A stretch of DNA of 64,000 nt from a virus: the IMG/VR virus record IMGVR_UViG_3300042691_027063, positions 1 through 64,000 of that record; one strand, 5' to 3'. This document shows positions 30,540 to 39,988 of the stretch, piece after piece. Within the stretch, counting starts at the first letter, position 1; each line of letters opens with the position of its first letter. The notes beneath the pieces were generated by a model, which was given only the letters and a program-made list of their open reading frames with translations, did not search any database and had not been told where the DNA came from. Both the position numbers and the translations under genes were made by a program.

Positions 30540-30798
30540 ACTTTGTAAGTTTAAGGTTATTCGCTGCGGTTACAAACTAACAAACTCCCGCCCCGCTATC
30601 CTACCTTGAGTCGGCGTAGGACACCCAACAGCAATAGCATATAGCTACCACCAAGTAAGAAGTCTCTCCTTCCTGTCACCAACTTGAGCTGATCAGTCTC
30701 TAAGGCTATTGGTCGCCCCATCCCTACTCGATCTTCACTTGCTAAACGTAAAGCCGAAGCCATACTAACTACACAAGGAGTGGACCCTCGGGCTAGTC
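30540..30798 (-). ncRNA. Putative structured non-coding RNA, contiguous with motif copy A
   Basis: About 260 nt with no ORF of 60 aa or more, GC-richer than its flanks, with multiple hairpins (GGC UUCG GCU; UGGUAGC/GCUAUUG; UCCUAC/GUAGGA; UUUGUAA/UUACAAA). Confidence 0.5.
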
Positions 30799-30999
30799 TT
30801 ATTTTGATTTCTTCTCTTTACTCCAGCTAAGGTTATCCTTAGCTTTTCCACATTCCCAACAAAACTCACCTTTCTTTTGCGGAGGCAACATGCCAAGCTT
30901 TTCAAAAACTTCAAGCATTCTCTCAACTTGCTCCACGTTAACGCAAACTGTGTTTAAGTCGTGGTTTAAAGCTTTTTTAATCATAGTGCTACGTTTCAT
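30799..30999 (-). CDS. MKRS...GMLPP...W family small protein, copy 2
   Basis: MKRSTM...FEKLGMLPP...SWSKE. Confidence 0.6.
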   Translation of the reverse strand: MKRSTMIKKALNHDLNTVCVNVEQVERMLEVFEKLGMLPPQKKGEFCWECGKAKDNLSWSKEKKSK

Positions 31000-31182
31000 A
31001 CTACTCTTCCAATTCTGGTAAATCTTTTGCTAATTCTTGCATATAACCAAACTCAATAAATCCTACCACAAATGTTCCGTTAATTATAAAAGCTGCTACA
31101 TTTTCTGCAGGTACTTTTGATTTAATTTCTCTTCTACCGATATGTCTACCAGTTTCAGCATCTTTTATTATAATATATTCTT

Positions 31183-31470
31183 TCATACTAATCCTTTTGT
31201 TCTAAGATATTTAAAATGCTCATTTCTAAATGCCTCCTGTTCTTCCGAAGAAAGAAATCCTACACAATAAATTAAAGTAGGATACAGATATGGGGGTATT
31301 TCTTGAGGAGGTCTTTTACATTGAACAATCTCATACTCAGGAGTAAATCCCCCTCTATAATAATATTCCCCCTTAGCCACAACCATAGCGATATTATGAG
31401 TAGCATACGATCCTAAATCGTACCAATCCTTATCGATGATTCTTTTTTTGAAAAGAACCTTATGACTCAT
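31183..31470 (-). CDS. Hypothetical protein
   Basis: ORF track; AGGAG RBS. Confidence 0.5.
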   Translation of the reverse strand: MSHKVLFKKRIIDKDWYDLGSYATHNIAMVVAKGEYYYRGGFTPEYEIVQCKRPPQEIPPYLYPTLIYCVGFLSSEEQEAFRNEHFKYLRTKGLV

Positions 31471-31624
31471 TCTTCTTCACTCCTTGCCATAGCTCCAGAT
31501 ACAAACCAACACACAGCAAGGAGAGGAATTGTATACCAACCAAAACATAAGGTGAGTGCTGCAATTGCTCCAATAAATAATGGAAGTGTCATAATAAACT
31601 CTTCGCTCATAACCCTCCTAATTA

Positions 31625-31805
31625 TCCAGAACAATGCCAGTTACTGGTCCAATTATAACTATTCCAATAACCGCTGCGGGAGAAAATATACAGGCAACTC
31701 CCCAAGAAATCCACATTACACTTACCGCCGTGTATTTATTCATAACCATCCTATGTGTACAAGTTCACTAGCCGCCATAACTCTCATTCGCTTACGCCTA
31801 GTCTG
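31625..31805 (-). ncRNA. Putative structured leader/small RNA downstream of a sigma70 promoter
   Basis: Hairpins ACUAG/CUAGU, UACAC/GUGUA, GGGAG/CUCCC and CGGUUAUUGG/CCAGUAACUG; G-U pairs favour the - strand. Confidence 0.4.
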
Positions 31806-31810
31806 CAAGT

Positions 31811-31840
31811 ATAATATCATGGTTTTTGCCTGCATGTCAA
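31811..31840 (-). promoter_or_regulatory. sigma70-type promoter with extended -10
   Basis: TTGACA-18 bp-TATTAT preceded by TGn. Confidence 0.55.
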
Positions 31841-31900
31841 GCTCGTAGCATCCAGTGAATAGAAGTAGCTCGTTGTTCTTTGGGCAGTAGAGTATTTCGG

Positions 31901-32119
31901 TCATTTTTTAAGAACCTTTAAAAACTCTTTAGCTTGCTGTTTAACCGTTCCCTCAACTAATTTAGGAGGATTGTTTTGTGTAAAAAATTCAAGAAACGCA
32001 ATCGTCTCATCAAGGCTAGTGTCACATTCTTGAATTAGAATGGAAACTTCTTTATGATCCATAAGTTCTGGATTAAAAAGACCTCCAGCTTGTAAATAAT
32101 TTTTTATCTTACTCTTCAT
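31901..32119 (-). CDS. Hypothetical protein
   Basis: YLQAGGLFNPELMDH motif; AGGAG RBS. Confidence 0.6.
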   Translation of the reverse strand: MKSKIKNYLQAGGLFNPELMDHKEVSILIQECDTSLDETIAFLEFFTQNNPPKLVEGTVKQQAKEFLKVLKK

Positions 32120-32264
32120 TTCTCACTCCTATTAAAAAGGATTTAAAGGCTGGTCTATGCTCGCTCTCAACCATTTACCCAAGCCTCTGTTAGCCGCTTG
32201 GCACCTACCGTTTATCTAGAATTAGCTCGCAACCAAAAGGCTGCAAGCCAAACGGCTCCTAGAA

Positions 32265-34448
32265 TCATCCTACATTATACTGAGACATATTGTCAAGCGA
32301 ATTTTTAAGAATAGCGTATTTTTTCTTTAGGCTATAGTTAGTGAAAAGATCATCAACTGGTAGGATTGTTTCAAAGGTTTGACTGGTCATATACAGTTTT
32401 TTAAGCAGAGTTGCTTTATCGTGGTCATTATTGTAATTTTCGACTAGGGAAAGCGATCCATCTTCTTTGTAATATAGATAGATTTTATCTCCCTCAACAT
32501 AGTTAGAACCAGCTAGAGCATCTCTGACTTTAGCTTCGTTAGTTCTTTCGTTCTTAAGAATCTTGTCTGTAATTGTCTTCTTATGTGACCATCGAATAAT
32601 GTCCTTGACATTCATAATTTCAAGAATATACTCATTGTAAAGATCGATGCATTTATCATGGATTACAGAGGTTTCTTTGTTATTCAAGATAATGTCAATT
32701 ACACGCTGAATGAACTCCTTAAGAGCTGGTTCTTTTTGGGTAGCTTTAATTGCAGACCCCTTATACTTAAGTTTTTTACCATCCCAAAGGATATAGTTTT
32801 TAGCTTTAACTACGATAAAAGTAGGATAAAATCCATCATCTTCCCAAGAAATTTTGTCAGGAGTTAAGGCATTAATTCCATCAATAATGAAGTTCTTTTC
32901 ATCTTCTGACATATCTTCTTGATCCGCCCGACATACAGAAACAGAGTCAGTATCACAGTTAACTAATGTATAATTATTTTCTGCAGACCACTCAATCGCT
33001 CCAGTTAAAATTTCACGACCTTTCGCAGTAATAAATGCTGCTTTAGATGGAGAGTTAAATAGAAGTCCGGCAGTTCCTAGAAATCCATAGCAAGAGTTAA
33101 TGAAGATTTTTTCAGCTGCTTGCATATCGTCGTAATATTTGTCTGTCTTTGCTAGCTTTTTGTGCTCCAAACGACGGGCAGTAAAAGTCGAAACGAGGGT
33201 TTTAAAGTATTCTCTTGGGTCTTTATCTTTGTCAAAGACTTCATACTGAATCATGATAGAAGGGTAAAGAGATGCAACGTCGAGCTTGAAAACGTTACGG
33301 TAGATTCCCGGATTTCCAATAGAGATAGCACCCTCGTATTCTTCAGCTTCGCTTGCTTTTGGTAGGCTGTGTCTATCCTGTAAATAAGCTCGCATCATGA
33401 TGGTATTGATCTGACCACCAGTGGCAGATTCAAACATCATCTGGAAGGGTTTAGCAACGCTCTGAGTCATATAAAAGAATGGTGCGATCATTAGGTCATA
33501 AAGAGCCAGCGCATCGTCGGCATCGTCTTTACAATATTCTTTAATTACTTCCCAATGATCTGCTTTTTCGTAATTGAAGCGGATTTGACTTGCATCATAG
33601 AAAACTCGTCCTGGCTTTTCTAGTCCCTCTTGTGCGATGATTTTCTTAAGTCCGTATGATTCATACTTACGACCAACATCATATCGGTAAGAAAGAAACA
33701 TTGTGTCAATGATTTCTCTTCCCCAAATATGACATTTATGGTAATGAAGGTCTTTTGTCCCGTCTACTCTAAATTTTGACTCGTATTCTTCAATTTCAAT
33801 TGGGTTGTCGTTTCTCCCCAATGTAAGATTCCTTCCATACAATGTAGCGCAGTGGTTAAGGTAAGGTATGTCAAACCCAAAGATATTGTGACCGATAATA
33901 ATAGAAGGATCGACTTCTTGAACCCACTTACACCATGCTTCAATCATATCTCCATTGTTTTCATATTCGTCGTATGCGAATAGCTTTTTCTGAACCCCAT
34001 CTACTGAACGAAATGTGTTTGAAATTAAAAGAACTTTTGACTCACTGTCATGAGAAAGCCCGACAGTTTCAATATCAAAAGAAAGAACAGAAACTTCATT
34101 GGCTTTTAATCCTTTGAAGTATGTATAGCCATCTTTTACCATCAATGCTTCTTTTGCATTTTTGATTGAAAAGATATCTCTTGCGTAGTTTTTCTTTCTG
34201 TAATCTAGGAATTCATCTCGATTAGTGAATTGCTTGCCCCACTTGTAATAAAGATCGCCATCTAATCTATTAAAAGATTTGTCGAGATTATACGGTGCAA
34301 GAACCCAAAACTTATTTGGGACAATCTTTACATCTTTTAATCCATCTGGGAATTCACGAAATAGATAAGCTTTTTCATTTTCAACCTCAATTGATACAAT
34401 GTATTCAACATCTGATTTTCCATAAATCAATCGAGCCTCTTTATTCAT
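32265..34448 (-). CDS. polB: Family B DNA polymerase with proofreading exonuclease
   Basis: Exo I FDIET, Exo II HNIFGFD, Exo III YCKDD; polymerase motifs DVASLYPS, KIFINSCYG and DTDS. Confidence 0.95.
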   Translation of the reverse strand: MNKEARLIYGKSDVEYIVSIEVENEKAYLFREFPDGLKDVKIVPNKFWVLAPYNLDKSFNRLDGDLYYKWGKQFTNRDEFLDYRKKNYARDIFSIKNAKEALMVKDGYTYFKGLKANEVSVLSFDIETVGLSHDSESKVLLISNTFRSVDGVQKKLFAYDEYENNGDMIEAWCKWVQEVDPSIIIGHNIFGFDIPYLNHCATLYGRNLTLGRNDNPIEIEEYESKFRVDGTKDLHYHKCHIWGREIIDTMFLSYRYDVGRKYESYGLKKIIAQEGLEKPGRVFYDASQIRFNYEKADHWEVIKEYCKDDADDALALYDLMIAPFFYMTQSVAKPFQMMFESATGGQINTIMMRAYLQDRHSLPKASEAEEYEGAISIGNPGIYRNVFKLDVASLYPSIMIQYEVFDKDKDPREYFKTLVSTFTARRLEHKKLAKTDKYYDDMQAAEKIFINSCYGFLGTAGLLFNSPSKAAFITAKGREILTGAIEWSAENNYTLVNCDTDSVSVCRADQEDMSEDEKNFIIDGINALTPDKISWEDDGFYPTFIVVKAKNYILWDGKKLKYKGSAIKATQKEPALKEFIQRVIDIILNNKETSVIHDKCIDLYNEYILEIMNVKDIIRWSHKKTITDKILKNERTNEAKVRDALAGSNYVEGDKIYLYYKEDGSLSLVENYNNDHDKATLLKKLYMTSQTFETILPVDDLFTNYSLKKKYAILKNSLDNMSQYNVG

Positions 34449-35029
34449 ACTATCTCCAAAATTAAATTATTACTTTTTTTTAAATTTTCATTTTCTGTAA
34501 TAATTCTAAGGTTCCAGGGAACATGCAATCCACATACATTTTTTCCTTGTAGTGGTATTATATGATCAACATTATGTCTTGTTCCGGTGGATATTGTCAA
34601 GTGTTTACTTTCTTTATATAAAAGTTCAATTTCTTTAAGTTGTTCTAATGAAAGCCATTTAGGAGTTGCGTTTAATTTTATTCCTCTTCTCTTATTGACT
34701 TTTGCTGTCAATTTCCACGGATATTTTTTAGCATAATTTTTGTTATTATTTTTAACCTTTTCTGGATATTTTTTAGCCCATTTTTCAAAAACATACTTAG
34801 ATTTTTCTGGATTTCTTTTTCTCCATTTCCTAGAATATTCAGCATACTTTTCTTTATTTTTAATCTTGTATTCTTTTTGTTTGTTTTTTATTTTATCCTT
34901 ATTTTCATCCCTGTACTTTTTTTTGCATTTTTTACAATCACAAGCATAACCGGATTTTTGGTTTTTATCTTTATGAAAAAAAGTAATGTCTAATAATAAC
35001 TTACACTTACTACAATATTTTTGGTTCAT
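34445..35029 (-). CDS. Free-standing HNH homing endonuclease
   Basis: CSKC...CKKC Zn finger, Lys-rich repeats, ATPKW...HNVDHIIPLQGKNVCGLHVPWNL...EN..KSN. Confidence 0.9.
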   Translation of the reverse strand: MNQKYCSKCKLLLDITFFHKDKNQKSGYACDCKKCKKKYRDENKDKIKNKQKEYKIKNKEKYAEYSRKWRKRNPEKSKYVFEKWAKKYPEKVKNNNKNYAKKYPWKLTAKVNKRRGIKLNATPKWLSLEQLKEIELLYKESKHLTISTGTRHNVDHIIPLQGKNVCGLHVPWNLRIITENENLKKSNNLILEIV

Positions 35030-35286
35030 AAATTAGCTTATCATACTTCATTAATGTTTCCCCTCAATTTCAGCTTGTAGAGCTTGCATTGCTAGACCAA
35101 ACCAATTGTCATCACCATCATTGATAGTAATTTCAAAGTCGCCATTGATCTGAAACTTTTCCTGCATTTCTTGTGGTGTGTAGAATTCGCCTTTATACTC
35201 AATAAGGCGATTCATGTCTTTAAATTTAATAACTTTCATAATATCCTTTTATTGGACTGGATTAAACGTTCAGCGTCCAATAAGAA

Positions 35287-35315
35287 ATAGTAGCATGTAT
35301 TTTGGAGTTTGTCAA
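35287..35315 (-). promoter_or_regulatory. sigma70-type promoter with extended -10, upstream of the HNH-polB cluster
   Basis: TTGACA-17 bp-TACTAT with TGn. Confidence 0.65.
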
Positions 35316-35363
35316 GATTAAATAATATATCAAAAGTGATATTCTACTTTTGTATAGAGTATA

Positions 35364-35510
35364 TTATTTATCTTTATATTTAGGTTTTTTGCTGCCGTGC
35401 TTTTTATATTTCTTATTACATCCCTTATGTGGAGGACATATTGCGCAATGAATTCCGCTTTTTAGCTTATGTTTGATTTTTAGGACTCGGCTATTTGTTT
35501 CTTCTTTCAT
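35364..35510 (-). CDS. 48-aa basic Cys/His microprotein (not in ORF track)
   Basis: Translated by hand: MKEETNSRVLKIKHKLKSGIHCAICPPHKGCNKKYKKHGSKKPKYKDK; starts directly after RNA motif copy B. Confidence 0.45.
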   Translation of the reverse strand: MKEETNSRVLKIKHKLKSGIHCAICPPHKGCNKKYKKHGSKKPKYKDK

Positions 35511-35511
35511 A

Positions 35512-35552
35512 GAAAATGACTAGCAGCCACCTCACAACTGGGTATGTGACAC
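35512..35552 (-). ncRNA. Unassigned repeated RNA motif, copy B (minimal form)
   Basis: GUGUCACAUACC-C-AGUUGUGA-GGUGGCU GCU AGUCAUU-UU. Confidence 0.65.
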
Positions 35553-35990
35553 CTCGGGGGGATTAGAAAACGCGGAGACTGACTCCGTAGCGAGAAGCTA
35601 CATTCTTAACTGTTTTGACAGGACGATGAATAATTGCAGCAATACTTTTTGCTGTTAGCGTTCCAGCATTAAATAGAATAAAATTTACAGTTCCTGGTGT
35701 TAGTTTTTTACCAAGTTTGGTTGCTTTACCATTTACATTAGAAAAACGACGCATAGATACTCCTTTGTTTGGTTTACTAATCATATATTACTTCTTCTTA
35801 GTTGTCAACTTCTTTTTTGGTTTTTTGAATTCAAGCAAGTTCTTAGCTGGATTTTCAGATGCAAGAACCCAATCTTCAGCCATTACATCAGCTTGGCTAT
35901 ATCCAATTCCTCCCACCATGGGTACAATATATACGAAATTGTCATGTTTTCGCTTATGTGGCTTTCCTGTTTTAATCGCCTCTATTAATG

Positions 35991-36206
35991 TCATTCGTCC
36001 TCCCAATAGTGATCTTCGCCTGTAAGTATGTTCATGGGTGCTTTTGGTGGCAACATACCAAATTCTTCTATAAACTCTAAAATTTGCGAAGCGTCGCTAT
36101 ATTGTGCTGTTTCAAATTCAGAAATAGCAGTAGCTCCATTATCTTTACCTAAATCTAAGTGTATTAATTTTGATAGAATTAATTCAACAGCTTCACTTCT
36201 CTTCAT
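35991..36206 (-). CDS. MKRS...GMLPP...W family small protein, copy 3
   Basis: MKRSEAV...IEEFGMLPP...YWEDE. Confidence 0.6.
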   Translation of the reverse strand: MKRSEAVELILSKLIHLDLGKDNGATAISEFETAQYSDASQILEFIEEFGMLPPKAPMNILTGEDHYWEDE

Positions 36207-36390
36207 CTTCAGGCTCCCATTTATGTGCATATCTAACGTGCTCTAAATCAAAAATGAAATTTGGATCATGCTCTGGAGGAAGCATTCCTATATTTTCTAA
36301 TGTTCTTAAAACATCTTCACAAGTTTCGTAAGAAACTCCAATCGGTCCTAATCTTTTAAATATAAACTCCACAGCTAAACTACGTTTCAT
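36193..36390 (-). CDS. MKRS...GMLPP...W family small protein, copy 4
   Basis: MKRSLAV...LENIGMLPP...KWEPE. Confidence 0.6.
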   Translation of the reverse strand: MKRSLAVEFIFKRLGPIGVSYETCEDVLRTLENIGMLPPEHDPNFIFDLEHVRYAHKWEPEDEEK

Positions 36391-36591
36391 TTTTTCTCTT
36401 TAATTTTCTTTTTCTGTGTTTTTGTGATTTTCTTTTTTTCTTATTTTTAAATAACTTAGAAACCTCTTCGCAGTCATCTAAAAATTGAGTCCCACTATTA
36501 ATCTTTCCACTTTTTCTATCTTTTTCAAATTCATCCAAAATCCTCTTACTGTGTAAAGCTAAAATTTTGTGCATATCTTCAATATCGGACA

Positions 36592-38523
36592 TTATTCCCA
36601 CCCGTCCTTCGATCCTTCTTTTGTTGCATCTTTTAATTTCATAAGCTGTTTAAGCTCATCTTTCTCATGATCTTCCAAAGTGAAGATTTCGCCAGTCTTA
36701 CCATGCCATCCCATTTCGAAGCGATCTAGTTCACCCAAGTCATTTTTAAGAATATTAATTACCATGTATTTATCAAGCTCTTTCGTAGCTGGTGTGTAAA
36801 ATGGACGACTGAGACTAATAATTCCTCGGAATGATTGATACAAGAAAGAACTTCCTTTAATAGAAGTATATGATTTGATCTCTGTATCTGGTCCCCCACC
36901 TAGAGCAAACTTGTTCGGCTGACATAGAGTGATTGCTGCAACGTCTAGGTCATTAACCATATCCTGAATTTGGCTTGCAACTTTCTTACTTGCTGCAGTA
37001 TCTTCTGATACATCACACTGAATACGCTCGAAATAGTCGAACATAACCATCTTTACTTTCTGACCAGTCTTAGCTTCTACCGAAAGAACGTAGTTTTTAA
37101 TATCTTCAACTGTGGCAGAGCTACGATCATAGAACCAAACATTACCATAATGCTTTCTAACAAGGTCAGTGATCTTCTTTCCTCGTCCTTCTTTAAATTC
37201 CTTATATACATCTTCTCTTGAAAGACCTGTGACGTTATATACAACCTTCTCAAAAAGACGATTACGGTGCATATCCAAGCTTGCAAACACTGTTGGAATA
37301 CCTTGCTCTGAGTTATAACGTAAGATTTTAAGAGCCAATGCCGTTTTACCTGCACCGGCAGCAGCAACCACCCCAATATTACTACCTACAGTAATTGGAA
37401 TTGTCTTGTCTAGCTCAGGAATACCTGTTTTAATTGTATTCTTTTCAATATGCTTCAAGTAGTGGGTGAAGCCAGCTTCAATTCCATCTAAAGTTGCTGG
37501 ACCTTCTTCTTCGTGAGTAGTAATACCCATCTTTTTAGCGTACTGAGCTAGCCAGTTATTTGGATCGCGAGTTGTAAATTGACCGCCCTTCCAGTTAGGA
37601 CCATATACTTGATTGATAATTAGATCAATTTCGCGCTCAGGAAATACATCTTCTCCAGTTCTTTGTGATTGAAGCTCTGCTGCGCCAGAAAGCATACCCT
37701 TTGTCACTTCGTATGGGTAATTTAGATTGTGTAGGGTTGATGCTAGGCATAGCATCGAGTGATTTCTCTCCCCACTACGGAAAAATCCATTCATCAAAAG
37801 CCAGCGAACTTCATCAATTCCTTTAGGACGAGCCTTCATATCGATTGTTGAAATATCGAATGTTAGTTCCTGCGCAATTGTCTCAATTGTCTTTTCTGCC
37901 ATTGGCTTTAGGTCTTTCAAATCATTTGGAAGCTGGGCAATCTTAATCATTCGTTCAACTTTCCTTGGTGTTTTAGCCATTAGCTTAATATCATCTAGTG
38001 TTGTGTTAGCAAGTTCCTCTGGAGTCAAAGGAATTTTGTAAAGCCCCGACTTTTGGTGTTTTGTGTTTGCAATTCTTACAATACGGTTAGGGTCATTCAC
38101 CACAGTATCGAATGTTTTTAGGTCTCCCGCAATCTCAAACACAATTGACTTGAACTTGTCTGGTGTGATATTCTCATCTAGCTCAAGTTCCAAGCTAAAT
38201 CCCTTATTGCCAGTGAAATAGCAGGAAATTTGATCCTCCTCAAAGCCTCTTGTAAGGAGTCGGTTGGCTGTTTCCAGAGCATCTTGACGAGCTAGCTCAA
38301 TATCATCCTTGCTGTCAAAATCAAAGTAAAGTGTGTTTGTTAGAGTGTCGCGGATACCGCTGACAGTTCCAGTTTCTTCAATTTGTTTCTTTTGATTCTC
38401 ATTGTACTTATACAAACTACGATACCAGTCTGAGCTTTTTGTAATTAGCTTAGAAAGGTCTGAGTTTTCTGGTACAAGTTTTGGTTTTGATCCGAGTCCG
38501 TTGCGAATGTTTAAATACATCAT
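36592..38523 (-). CDS. Primase-helicase fusion (AEP primase + PriCT + SF4/DnaB-like helicase)
   Basis: AEP motifs YFDFD, FTGNKGF and FD...RIVRIANT; PriCT GERN; helicase IKTG..ELD, AGAGKT, FDY, SIKGS, KN..GE; GAGGGG RBS before 38523. Confidence 0.88.
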   Translation of the reverse strand: MMYLNIRNGLGSKPKLVPENSDLSKLITKSSDWYRSLYKYNENQKKQIEETGTVSGIRDTLTNTLYFDFDSKDDIELARQDALETANRLLTRGFEEDQISCYFTGNKGFSLELELDENITPDKFKSIVFEIAGDLKTFDTVVNDPNRIVRIANTKHQKSGLYKIPLTPEELANTTLDDIKLMAKTPRKVERMIKIAQLPNDLKDLKPMAEKTIETIAQELTFDISTIDMKARPKGIDEVRWLLMNGFFRSGERNHSMLCLASTLHNLNYPYEVTKGMLSGAAELQSQRTGEDVFPEREIDLIINQVYGPNWKGGQFTTRDPNNWLAQYAKKMGITTHEEEGPATLDGIEAGFTHYLKHIEKNTIKTGIPELDKTIPITVGSNIGVVAAAGAGKTALALKILRYNSEQGIPTVFASLDMHRNRLFEKVVYNVTGLSREDVYKEFKEGRGKKITDLVRKHYGNVWFYDRSSATVEDIKNYVLSVEAKTGQKVKMVMFDYFERIQCDVSEDTAASKKVASQIQDMVNDLDVAAITLCQPNKFALGGGPDTEIKSYTSIKGSSFLYQSFRGIISLSRPFYTPATKELDKYMVINILKNDLGELDRFEMGWHGKTGEIFTLEDHEKDELKQLMKLKDATKEGSKDGWE

Positions 38524-38556
38524 ATCCCCTCTTATGAAAGCTAAGGTCACTTTGGA

Positions 38557-38585
38557 ATATTATAATATAATCTTATTTTTGTCAA
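38557..38585 (-). promoter_or_regulatory. sigma70-type promoter upstream of the primase-helicase
   Basis: TTGACA-17 bp-TAATAT. Confidence 0.6.
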
Positions 38586-39187
38586 GCGTTAAATTTATTC
38601 ATTATGAAATTAAAAATAATCGCAGTATTTAGTGCATCGCTTTCTGCCCAATGTGATCCATACTGCTTTCCATTGTATTTAGTTGGCTGAAACTCAAGTC
38701 CAAGTTTTCTAAGGCTTTTCCCAAGTCCTCCCTGTGCTTTCAATCCAGCCTTGACTGCGTACAATTGGAATAGAACTTTAGCGTTGATCGTTGATCTAGC
38801 AAGTCCCGTTGCAATTCTAAACTCATCTTCAGACAAGCTAAGTTCATTTCTAAGACAATTGATATCACCAGAACCCCACTCCACAATCTGTCTGCTAGTA
38901 TTGTAGAATTCTCTCAGCCATTTAATGCTAGATACAACATCTACTAGAGTATTACTTGAATCATTAACTTGAAAGTCTTGAATTCCAGTTAGTGTTTTAA
39001 TGAAGTTACTTAGTGGATATTCATATGAAACAAAGATCGTTCTCGATTCTAGAACTGTAATTTCAGTTCCAAGCTCAAATACAACAAGTCCAACTTGAAT
39101 AATTCTTTCTTGTTCTACAGCGGAATCTGGAGTTTGTGGGTTTGTTTTTGGTTGTTCTAGTTCTAGATCGATTGCGATAAATCTCAT
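38582..39187 (-). CDS. DEDDh 3'-5' exonuclease
   Basis: IDLE, IIQVG, LTGI, WGSGD, HWAESDA.NT. Confidence 0.88.
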   Translation of the reverse strand: MRFIAIDLELEQPKTNPQTPDSAVEQERIIQVGLVVFELGTEITVLESRTIFVSYEYPLSNFIKTLTGIQDFQVNDSSNTLVDVVSSIKWLREFYNTSRQIVEWGSGDINCLRNELSLSEDEFRIATGLARSTINAKVLFQLYAVKAGLKAQGGLGKSLRKLGLEFQPTKYNGKQYGSHWAESDALNTAIIFNFIMNKFNA

Positions 39188-39193
39188 GCTGAC

Positions 39194-39222
39194 ATAATAG
39201 CGTATAAATTGGATGTTGTCAA
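39194..39222 (-). promoter_or_regulatory. sigma70-type promoter
   Basis: TTGACA-17 bp-TATTAT, just upstream of the exonuclease ATG (near-leaderless). Confidence 0.55.
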
Positions 39223-39228
39223 GAAAAT

Positions 39229-39251
39229 AAAAAAGCCGGTTTTACCCGGCT
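39229..39251 (-). terminator. Intrinsic terminator
   Basis: AGCCGG-GUAAAA-CCGGCU followed by UUUUU, just after the 39257 stop. Confidence 0.75.
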
Positions 39252-39256
39252 CTTCT

Positions 39257-39541
39257 TTAGTTGTCTGTTACTTTGATTGCCTCGAAGGCTACAAACCCAG
39301 GCATGTTCTCGATACGCTCGATCGCTCGTTTGTATGTCTCTTCTGACATCTTCTCTCTATTAGCTTCCAAGCTAGCTTTTTTTAGCTGTTTGTTTTCAAG
39401 CCAGAGACGATCTCCTTTTTTAAAAGTAACATCTTCGCTGAACTTAATATAGAACTCGCGAATCAAATTACCCTTCTCATCTCGGTACTTAAGTTTGTCT
39501 TCGTCTTTTTTAATCACAGTCGCAACTTGTCGTCTAGCCAT
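39257..39541 (-). CDS. Hypothetical protein (possible ssDNA-binding protein)
   Basis: Located in the recombination cluster; function inferred only from position. Confidence 0.45.
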   Translation of the reverse strand: MARRQVATVIKKDEDKLKYRDEKGNLIREFYIKFSEDVTFKKGDRLWLENKQLKKASLEANREKMSEETYKRAIERIENMPGFVAFEAIKVTDN

Positions 39542-39986
39542 TGTTTTCCTCCGTTGTTTTCAATAGTTCCTGCTCTTGTTCTTCTGTAAGCTTGGCTTCA
39601 GCCGCAGCTACAATCTGTTCAAGATTATCCTTATAAACACTCATTTGCATAATGAACTTAGCTTCAATTAGAAAGTTAGCCAGTTGCATTACTGAATGCT
39701 CTGCTTCATTTGCAGCCTTAACGCTATCCTTTTCAAGCGGATAGAAAATAAGGTAATCTAGGATACGACGAAGACTGCGCTTTGATAGCTTTGGTACAGC
39801 CATTTTGTAGTATGGTCCGTACATCGCATAAGCGGTAGCCGCCATCTCTGCTGGATCGTCTGCTCGCTCTTGAGCAGCCTTCACCATGAAGTCTTCTACT
39901 TCTTTACCTGTTAAGCCTAAATCGGCTAGATCGACCGGCTTTTCTTCTACTTCTTCAACACTTTCCACATTTGTTTCTTCTGACAT
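39534..39986 (-). CDS. Acidic helical hypothetical protein
   Basis: ORF track; GGAG RBS. Confidence 0.55.
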   Translation of the reverse strand: MSEETNVESVEEVEEKPVDLADLGLTGKEVEDFMVKAAQERADDPAEMAATAYAMYGPYYKMAVPKLSKRSLRRILDYLIFYPLEKDSVKAANEAEHSVMQLANFLIEAKFIMQMSVYKDNLEQIVAAAEAKLTEEQEQELLKTTEENNG

Positions 39987-39988
39987 TT

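Noticed and set aside
30540-30798. Group I intron (UUAGAGACUG resembles the R element)
   Set aside because: No matching S element or P7 partner was found, and the flanks are not two halves of one gene.
32267-32296. Consensus promoter from TTGACA and TATAAT at the polB 3' end
   Set aside because: The hexamers are only 11 bp apart; only a weaker TAGGAT at 18 bp is possible.
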